Below, one piece after another: positions 1 through 8,900 of a stretch of 20,000 nt of DNA. This DNA is from Catajapyx aquilonaris (taxonomy: Eukaryota). The notes under the pieces are model-generated. The model searched no databases. It was not told the origin of the DNA and saw only the letters and a list, made by a program, of their open reading frames with translations. Numbering within the stretch: the first letter of the stretch is position 1; every line of letters starts with the position of its first letter. The DNA lies in contig KZ538062.1 of the NCBI GenBank assembly GCA_000934665.2, positions 116,034 to 136,033 on the forward strand, in the 5' to 3' direction. A program made the translations under genes and the position numbers.

Positions 1-149
1 TTTTATTTACTGCTCTTGCAAATACAACGTTGTGAAATGTTGCCAGAGAAGCTGCGTGGTATTCAGTTATTAATTATTTACCCAGTAACTATTAAACATT
101 TCCTTCTCCAGGTCTTTAAAAGCTTATTGTTGGCATATACTAGTCACAA

Positions 150-247
150 TGGGTGAAATTTTCGTCCCATTGCTAGTTATACCCGCAATATTGCGGATGG
201 TTACTACTAAGTTAGCAGTAACTAGCAGTGCGACAAAAATTCCACCA
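150..247. mobile_element. Small degenerate MITE / inverted repeat
   Basis: TGGGTGAAATTTTCGTCCCATTGCTAGTTA (150-179) is an imperfect reverse complement of TAACTAGCAGTGCGACAAAAATTCCACCA (219-247). Confidence 0.6.
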
Positions 248-3200
248 AATTTTTCTAAAGTAGATAACATGGTGTCTCACATATGCTCAGTAAGAAATGA
301 TACAAAAGTTGGTTGAAAATCAACTCATTATCTTCACAGAATTGAATTACTGATTGAATGACTGGACCTGTTTCTTCGATTTGGATCAAACAGGAATGGA
401 GCCCCACTTTTATCTCCGAATTTGCACAAATACCTCACGGTCCTAAAATTTATTTGTTATCGACACAAAATGCCCATGAAATTGATTGAAGCGTATGAAA
501 CACGTCCCTGTGTCCGTTGTCCAGAAGGAAGCATGCGTGATACTCAATCACGCACATTATTCTGAGCTAGCCATTTAAATCGGTCTGAGTCACGTGCTTA
601 ATATTTTGAAGTACAAAAAAAAACAACATATATCTCACCCCTCCCAGTCACCTTGGCAGCCATATAACTCGACCTTCCCTTTGCCTGCAATTCATTCACT
701 CATTTTTGCCTCCTGTTCTAAGAAGAGGGGCAAAAAAGAGTATCTCCTTGGGTCTATTTGTTGATCTATATGCACGCGAATTTTTTGGTCCGATAGGAAT
801 CGGCGTTCTCATGTAGACATCAGATACAGAAATGTGGCAATCGCTAATTGCAATCGCTAATTGCAATCCAAAATGAGGACATGTTTACACGTGCCTGTTG
901 TTCATTTAACACTGTGGACGTAACAGCTTCAACCAATGCCACTCTCGTCAAATTTTTTTCTTCTTCAACTCTTTTCTTATCCGTCAAGTGCGTGTCTTTG
1001 AGGCGACCTTCAGGTTGAGTTAATGTTGGGGGGTCTGTTTTAAAAATGGCACACGTGTCTCCGAACTTTCTACAGTGTTTTGAGACTATATATTTTTTGG
1101 AGCCTGGGGATCTTACGTTAGTCACATATGGACAGAGCAATTATGAGTCATGCCTGCAGGATATGGCGTTTGTACTATCCTCTCAGCAAGTGCAATAAAA
1201 TTGAGTCTCTTAACAGGTTGCAAACTGTTAAAAATCTGCGCCTTGCCATATGGTCCAGGTCGACAAAAAAAAAGTTTGCGGAAACCACAGGCCAACATAG
1301 TTTATTGCCATTTGAAATCAGGTGTTGTCACACTTCATAATTCATTCAGATTTATTAATATCGTCCACCCCTTTATGTCTTCGGATGATATGCATATTAA
1401 TAATGTGAATATATATGTAAATTTTTGGTACTATATCCGGGCATAGTGTGCAATATTACTGATCGAAATATAGGAAACTGGCGTTTGGTACGTTCACCCT
1501 AGCAACAATGTAATTCCACATAATTTATCGCAACCAGAAAAGATGATAAACACGATACTTGACCACGGAAATGAATCGCTATTTCCATGTCGTTCCTTAG
1601 GTCACTCGTAGCTCATAATGAGCATTCATTTTGTCTGAAATTTGCTTTTGGCCTCGGGGCAGTCAAAAAAAACCAAATTCCTCAAAATATATGGGTCATT
1701 CCTAATAAAGTATGCCTAAATTGTGCTAGAACATCCCGGATTATGCAGAATAAAATCACAGCTGTATACACACATATAGCATGCCATGACGCTTCATAAA
1801 AATTTCAGCCATATTGCGCAATACTGTAGGGAGGGAAAAATCTCGATAATTTGAACAGTGCTGAGGCCTTTTTTTTGGATAATTTTTTCGGTTACTGGAA
1901 GTGGTTAAAACCCAACACTGATCAAATGAAAGAAAAACTAGAGGACTATGCGACTGTGGAATTAATGTTCTTCTAAAATGCAACCAGAAAGACCTGAGTG
2001 GCATTCATTCGGTCACATGACCAAGAATTTGGGTCCTTCAAAATTAATGGTATATTTGCAAAACTTGTCTATTATTTTCTCACGAGCCATGCATGAACCA
2101 GGCTTCAAACGAATCATATTAAAACCTTGTATTGGTCACAACTCCTGTCATCAAATATGAATGATGTCACGCAAATGCATCACTACCGTTTTGCTTTTTA
2201 CCACATGTGTATATGTTGTGCTTGTGGTCTTATTACCAGCAGGATGTACGAGGAATACTGTTGTAACGATAATAATTGTTATGAAGCAATGCATTTTGAA
2301 AGTGAATGTTACAGGACTGTGACGGTCTTTAGGCCTATATACTTTGCGTTTCGACATATATCAGCTCAGCTTAAAACTATCGTAGAAAGAACTGCGAACA
2401 CAAGAAATATTTCAAAATAATAATAATAATGTAGTTCCAAACTTGGGCACCGGGGACGAATTGGTATCTTTGATAGTAATAAATAAATCAGTTTGTGAAT
2501 TATTTCAGAAACGTCTAATGTCTTCTATACATAACTTATACTCTTTATTAAACCTTGTTTGGTCCAAGTTTGGATCAGTTCTTGGCTGTTGCCGTGGTAA
2601 ATTACGAACCTTCCCTCGTGATTCGTTAAAATGGCCAGATGGTATACCATGCCAACTGCCAAACAACCCATTACGGTACAAGTTGGCCTTAGAGAAGGCG
2701 TACGAATCAGTCAAGATTAGGATGAATAATGCATTGTGAAGTTTGGAAATAGTTACCTCCTATTATTGCAATCCGTAGCCCACAAAACTGGTTATAGTAT
2801 TAGATTAAAATGGGCTGATAACTTTATTATTGCAGCAATAAACGCATTTATTTTCTCATCACTCTTAGAAATTGCGCTACTATTCCCGAACTATTTCCTA
2901 ATAAGACGATATCTGAGCCATGTAGTTTTATACAACTCGTCCTGATTTCGAAATTTGATGGTCATTCCATTCTTGGTAGTTTGAATGCAAAATTACGCCC
3001 ATTATAAGCTCACTTGTAAATGATGGCCGTACTTACAACCATCGCTATTAGTCTCAGATAACAGATAAAAATCCAAGGCAGTAATTCTTGCCTGTCCCAA
3101 TTAGTTTGAATTCCGGCATTTCCAGTTCACATTTCCTGATATTTCCTAATTGGTGAATATCTTATGGTATTTATTCTCAAGGTGCATTTTTATTGGGTGT

Positions 3201-3862
3201 ATGTCGCAGGTATATGTCGTTAAGAGTAATATTTTCGGGCTATAGGATGGAAGACTTGATAATGTCCACCTTTTTCCTTATAGACCTTCGTTAAAATGGG
3301 TGACAATGTAAGCAAATAATCGCTTCAGCATTATGCCAAATCTCAGGAATATATATTTTTCACCCATTAAGCGCTTAAGTGAGGCGCGGCAGTATATTCT
3401 TAGTACAGCCTATATAGAGTACGTTAATTGGATCGGCCTTGTTGAAGCCTATTCGTCACGTAAATATCTCCAAACTACTCCAGCATCAGTATATTTTCTG
3501 TGGACAATAAGCTTCTGTGCATGTCCCACATTCACCTGAAGAAAAGGCTATACGACAAATCCCCTTTATAATGTATATCACGTAACTCATGAGAACCTGC
3601 TCTTCTATATAATAATGACGCTCAACTTTTCTTCCATCATATTCTAGTTCTAAGAAAATCAATTTTAAAAATCAGGCTTATGAGTGCACCCCCCCCCCCC
3701 TATATCTAGCATACGGTATATATTTATGCATGTGCCCTTGCACATCACAGCATAACCAAAAGTGCGACAAGCTGGCCCATTAGCTTCAAACATGCTTACG
3801 TAAAAAGATGCATAGCAGAAAATGTTGTAGTATGAACGACGTATATATAGCTCAGGCACTTT

Positions 3863-3943
3863 TGTTTGTCATTAAGATTGTGATGGACATGTTTATCATT
3901 AATCTTGTGATGGACATGTTTATCATTAATCTTGTGATGGATA
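3863..3943. repeat. 27-bp minisatellite, 3 copies
   Basis: TGTTTATCATTAATCTTGTGATGGACA x3 with few mismatches. Confidence 0.92.
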
Positions 3944-4435
3944 TATATTTTTCGCGGGGCATTTGAATTATTTTTCTTGCACTGACCCTTATTATTTTTT
4001 ACTGCATATTTTGTCATTGTCCGTATAATGGAAAATGCTAATAATAAGAATGTGCACAGTGAATCCTATCCACAACCTATCCCTTCCGCAAAAATATGAT
4101 CTGTTCCGGGGTTTATATTGCTTCATATCCAAAATAAACTTTAGTGGAAGGTGTATCTATCTAATAATTTTAGAGATGAAAAGCGAATAACACAGTATTG
4201 TAAATAGCTGTTCTCTTGAATTCACAATAGCGTTTCCATTTATTGCCGTTTTTTAAAAGTGGCCACAGAAAGAGCTAGGAATTTTTCAGATTTTATTTTT
4301 ATATTTAGAGTCCCATATTCCTCACAAAACCACAACTTTGATGAAATTGGTATGTGGGTATCCATTTATCCATTGTACGACGTATTTGCAGGTATTTGTA
4401 TCATCCAGTTTCTTGGGTTGCAGCATGTTACAGCC

Positions 4436-4619
4436 CAAGGGGGTAATCACTCGACTGAAAAGTGTACACTGGAGTACCAAATTAAAGGAGTACCACGGAG
4501 TAATAAAGAGTGAGGTGCCTGAGGAGTACCACGGAGTAATAAAGAGTGAGGTGCCTGAGGAGTACCAGGGAGTACCACTCCCAGGTGTACACCGGAGTGC
4601 CGAAGTGATTACCCCCTTG
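4436..4619. mobile_element. 184-bp MITE with perfect 16-bp TIRs and 8-bp TSD (P-element- or hAT-type)
   Basis: TIR CAAGGGGGTAATCACT (4436-4451) / AGTGATTACCCCCTTG (4604-4619); TSD TTACAGCC at 4428-4435 and 4620-4627. Confidence 0.9.
4487..4567. repeat. 36-bp tandem repeat (2.25 copies) inside the MITE
   Basis: GGAGTACCACGGAGTAATAAAGAGTGAGGTGCCTGA x2 + GGAGTACCA. Confidence 0.92.
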
Positions 4620-5217
4620 TTACAGCCAGTCTTTCGTATTGAATATTATTTCGTAAATGTCAGGTTTACTAAACCGATGCATGTTCGTGCACAATTATTA
4701 CAAGACTTTGAGCAAATGGAGAAAAAAAACCTCTAAAGCTGGTATTCCATTTTGCTCTGATGCAATTTACTGAAACGATTTCTGACCATATGTATCAAAT
4801 GTAAGAGCTATAAAAATGAGGCCTACAATAAGTCACATCATGCAAAATCCAAAAACAGTAGGCTCTGCACACATTTCGCATGTAATTTCCTTTTTTTTCT
4901 TACTCTACGTACTATATATGAAAGTGATGTTCAATAATAATAAAACAATAAGCACTATACAATTACGGCACATGGCTGTGATATCATCTGAATCTTATCC
5001 CTTAGTTTAGTATATTAAGGCCATGTAACTGGGAAAGTCCTCCGGGCACATGCCAACTACCAATTAAAAGCCGTGCAACTAATGTCTCATCCCAGTCTCC
5101 TCATACTCCAAACAGGACTCAATCTCTGCTTATTATCGTAGTTCCTCGAAGTTATGAAGATCTACTCTTGAGGCTGCGGTGGTCCTACCTGAGCCCAATA
5201 TCAGGTCAGGTTGGAAG

Positions 5218-5560
5218 AGGGAGGCGGAGTGGTGCTGCGGTAATGTATGTGCCCACGGATGTTAAGGTCCCGGGTTCGATCCCAACCCGGGGACACCCCC
5301 CTCATCTCGTGCAGAGTTCATTGGGTCACCTCTGGCTTCGTCTCGGGTGGTATTTCCTACAGACTAAACCACCCGGGGGAGTGACTCACTAAAATTGGCC
5401 ACAGCGTCAGATGCACTGCACCTTGCACATCCCCTCCTGTCATCCTGCCCGTGGGCCCGGGCGCTTCAAAATCATTGGCTCCATGTATATAATGGTTCAA
5501 TAAAGGTTCCGTGTGATATACCCCCCACCGGGGGTGAAAGCACTTACCCAGGATTATTAT
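5218..5560 (+). mobile_element. tRNA-derived SINE, full length, with 21-bp target-site duplication
   Basis: A-box-like TGGTGCTGCGG, B-box GGTTCGATCCC and a short (ATT)n tail. Direct repeats AATATCAGGTCAGGTTGGAAG at 5197-5217 and 5561-5581. A second copy lies at 6904-7147. Confidence 0.88.
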
Positions 5561-5930
5561 AATATCAGGTCAGGTTGGAAGTCGAATCTCGCCGGGCAGG
5601 ACTTGCAGATAAGACCAACCGAGATGTCAGCACCAGTCGGTGCCTTGAATAAGTAAAAGCGCCGAAAAGTCAACGCGGCGGAATAGAAAAGCTCAATGTC
5701 GAATTCACATTTTTTTTTGTTATGCACATTTAAATAAACTGTAAAAGTATACTTATTATCCACAAAATGCGTGGGTACCTGTTGATGTGGAATAAATGCA
5801 ATGGTTTTCATTTGAAATGGGTTTAAACTAATTTCATCTCCGGCCTTTCCAAGCGGCGTGTGTTGGCACCCCTTCCGCCCGTTCCCTCCTCCCCTCGTGT
5901 CTCTTCTAGAAGCTTTTGTTCCAGACCACG

Positions 5931-5938
5931 CTCTTTCC
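5931..5938 (+). promoter_or_regulatory. TCT (polypyrimidine initiator / 5'TOP-like) core promoter motif for CCT2
   Basis: CTCTTTCC matches the YYC(+1)TTTYY consensus, 35 nt upstream of the ATG, within a pyrimidine-rich stretch of a GC-rich island. The TSS itself is not verified. Confidence 0.55.
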
Positions 5939-5967
5939 CCTTGTCCCCGACTCCAAACCGGATCAAC

Positions 5968-5970
5968 ATG
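5968..5970 (+). CDS. CCT2: CCT2 exon 1 coding part (initiator ATG only)
   Basis: CAACATG|GTAAGA gives a good start context followed directly by a strong donor. Exon 2 starts in phase 0 with V-S-L-N-P and has no Met of its own. Confidence 0.85.
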
Positions 5971-8900
5971 GTAAGAACACTCTCCGGGGGCCGCCCCTGG
6001 GCCGACCCGGGACTAGTATTAGCCAGAAAGTAACATGGTTATGGTTGAGAAAGAAAAGGTTGAGTCATCTTTCTTCCGGAATGGTCCGCCGGGCGTGGTC
6101 CGCACTCCCCAATTTGGTCATGTTCTACGCTCGATTATTAACATGGGGGGAGAAAAGAAAAACCTTCCTGCACAAACCAGAACCTCGCCTGACTCCGAGC
6201 TTCTTGGCCCTGCTTAGGTGGGGCCAGGGGCAGGAGGTTGAAGGCGCAGGTAGTGCCTCAAAAGGGAAGGAGATTAATGCCTTCCATTTTTAATGGAAGG
6301 CTCCGGTGTTCTTTGTGGGCCCCTGCGGTAGACCTCTATCTTTATGTCTGGTTGCAGTCGGCCTGGGGAACGCCGAACAATGATTTAAGTGCAATCAGTA
6401 TAATTACCGTTAATCTATAGCGTATTTTCATAGTCACAAGCTAATAATTACAATAAACACCAATAGTTATAGTATATTAATAATAGTTACAATATATCAC
6501 ATTGTAATCAGAACTAATATATAATAGTTATAATTATTTTAGTATTTATTATTTTTATTTATTATTTTTACTAGCAGGTTACCCGGTGTTGCCCGGGTAT
6601 GTTGGGGTGCTGGTAAAGATAGGGGTACATATCTGTGATAGATTACCTGCTTGTCTTAGAGCGTACAGTCGACACGGATATTCTGATTGGATGTGTAAAA
6701 GGCGGAATGCGGATGGAGTTGGCCCAGGAAAAGACTGCACAGCCATGTGTTTTTCCCCTGCATTTTTGACCCCTTGACCCTCCCCTCCCCCCCAACCCCA
6801 CTTCACACCCCCACCTCGTTCTATATGTTTGCTCTGGATAACTTTAGAAATGTACGCACAGATGTATTATGGGAAATTTTGTTTTCAACACGGAGTAATA
6901 TAAAGTGGTGCTGCGGGAACGTCGGGTTCGATGCCAGCCCGGGGTTCCCTCCTTCATGCCGTGCAGAGTTGGGTCGTCTCTGGCTTCGTTTCGGGTGGAA
7001 TCTCTTCAGACTAATCCACCTGGTGGAGTTCACAAAATACACCGCTTGAGAATTGCACTTGCACCTTGCACATCCCCTCCCAGTCACCCTGCCCGTGGGC
7101 CCGGGCGCTACGTCAAAAAGGTTCCATCGAGACAAAATAAAGGTTCCCTCCCTGCGGTACGATGCAGGGAGGTAAATAGCTAAAAAAAGATAGGCATGTC
7201 CATGGGAATGCAAATTGATTTATTGCTATTGATGTAAGCTAATTGTTGAGGCAGGAATATGCGTGTTGTGGGAGTTAGGTACATTTTTGGAAGCTGAAAC
7301 ATGCGGCGTTAGATTCCTTGGAAAAAGTAACCCCCGATATGCTAATTTAAGGCGGTGTAAGGGCCTTCCCCTGGATTTCTATAAGGGACAAACATCCAAA
7401 CTTCCTTATTTATAGATATAGAGATTATTTATTTTTATTATATTTTAATATATTTATTATTATATTATTTTTGTTTCTGAGGTGAGCAGGGGTGGGGGGT
7501 GGGACGGGTTGATTTTAGGTTTATACTCACATGAGTTTTATTAGTTCATATGTTGGGGTAGCTTGCGTCTCCCTTCATCGCTGACTACCCCTCATAGGGA
7601 AATGTCATGATGACGTTGTTGTTGTTGTATAATTATTACTATGTAATAGTTATATAATATGAATAAAATAATTTGACTGTATTTACAGGTATCCCTAAAC
7701 CCAGTGCGTGTTTTAAAGCAAGAGGCGGAGGAGGAGAAGGCGGAGATAGCTCGCCTGTCGTCCTTTGTGGGCGCAATTGCTATAGGGGACCTGGTAAAGA
7801 GCACTCTTGGCCCCAAGGGGATGGATAAGATCCTTGTGGGTTTGGGTCGGCATAACCAGGGTGAGGTGGAGGTGACCAACGATGGGGCCACTATCCTGAA
7901 GGCTATTGGGGTGGACAACCCGGCAGCTAAGGTTCTGGTGGATATGAGTCGGGTGCAGGATGATGAGGTTGGGGATGGGACCACCTCGGTTACGGTGCTG
8001 GCTTCTGAGCTGCTCAGAGAGGCGGAGAAGCTCATCGACATGAAGCTCCATCCTCAGACTATTATTGCTGGGTGGAGGAAGTCCACTGACGTTGCCAGGC
8101 AGGCCTTGGAGGATGCATCTAAGGATAACAGGTATGTGAAGCCAGCAAGTACCACAGTGAGACATGAAAAGATGCTAATCATTGACTTGTATACAATCTT
8201 GGCAGTTCTGATGATGCAAAGTTCCGTGAAGATCTTCTGAACATTGCCCGCACGACCCTGTCCTCGAAGATCCTTTCTCAGCACAAGGATCATTTCTCGA
8301 CTCTGGCAGTGGAGGCAGTTTTGCGGTTGAAAGGCTGCTTCAATTTGGATGCGATTCAAATCCTGAAGCAACGTGGGGGCACCCTGGATGACTCCTACTT
8401 GGACGCTGGTTTTCTCTTGCCCAAGAGCATTGGCGTTAATCAACCAAAGAGGGTAGAGAAGGCCAAGATCCTCATTGCCAACACGCCAATGGACACAGAC
8501 AAGATCAAGGTGTTTGGATCCCGTGTCCGGGCCGAGTCCACTGCGCAGGTGGCTCAGCTGGAGATTGCTGAAAAGGAGAAGATGAAACAGAAGGTTCAGA
8601 AGATACTCAAGCATGGTTGCACCGTCTTCATCAACAGGTGAGAGCACAGCATTGCTGACAATTTCAACCTTCCCGCACAACCAGAATCCCACAGGACTCC
8701 TTGTTCCCTGGTTTCGTGACTTGCTTTTTCAAAGTGGGTCTGAAGCCAGGTGCGGGAGGGTGACAGTGTGGATAGTGCGTCAAAGGAAGGAGATTATTGT
8801 GCTTTTAAAGTGCGCTAGTGCTCCTCTATGGGCCCCCATGGTGGACCTCTATCTTTATGTCCGGTTGTGGAAGGCCTCGAGAGCGCTGGACAGTTGCTTC

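Noticed and set aside
2443..2945. Short ORFs in the upstream region
   Set aside because: No recognisable motifs or coherent splice structure; probably old repeat-derived sequence.
4487..4567. CRISPR-like 36-bp repeats
   Set aside because: The repeats are directly adjacent with no unique spacers, inside a MITE, in a eukaryotic genome.
4338..4736. 132-aa ORF with EEYHGVIKSEVP repeats
   Set aside because: Arises from reading through the MITE's 36-bp tandem repeat.
5218..5292. tRNA gene
   Set aside because: A and B boxes are present but there is no proper cloverleaf; it is the head of a TSD-flanked SINE with a second copy nearby.
5541..5811. Divergent minus-strand first exon or 84-aa ORF upstream of CCT2 (donor-like GGGTAAGT at ~5542-5549)
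   Set aside because: The donor lies inside the SINE tail, no downstream exons could be identified, and the translation is unrecognisable even after removing the SINE.
6161..6382. Telomerase RNA or U17/snR30 identity for the long H/ACA-like RNAs
   Set aside because: No telomeric template (e.g. CUAACCU) or pseudoknot domain is visible; the U17 m1 (AUAUUCCUA) and m2 (AAACCAU) motifs are absent from the 3' hairpin.
7592..8692. Long antisense ORFs (149, 150 and 212 aa) over CCT2, and similar + strand ORFs over ArfGAP and mariner
   Set aside because: Shadow ORFs caused by codon bias of the real coding strand; no recognisable domains.
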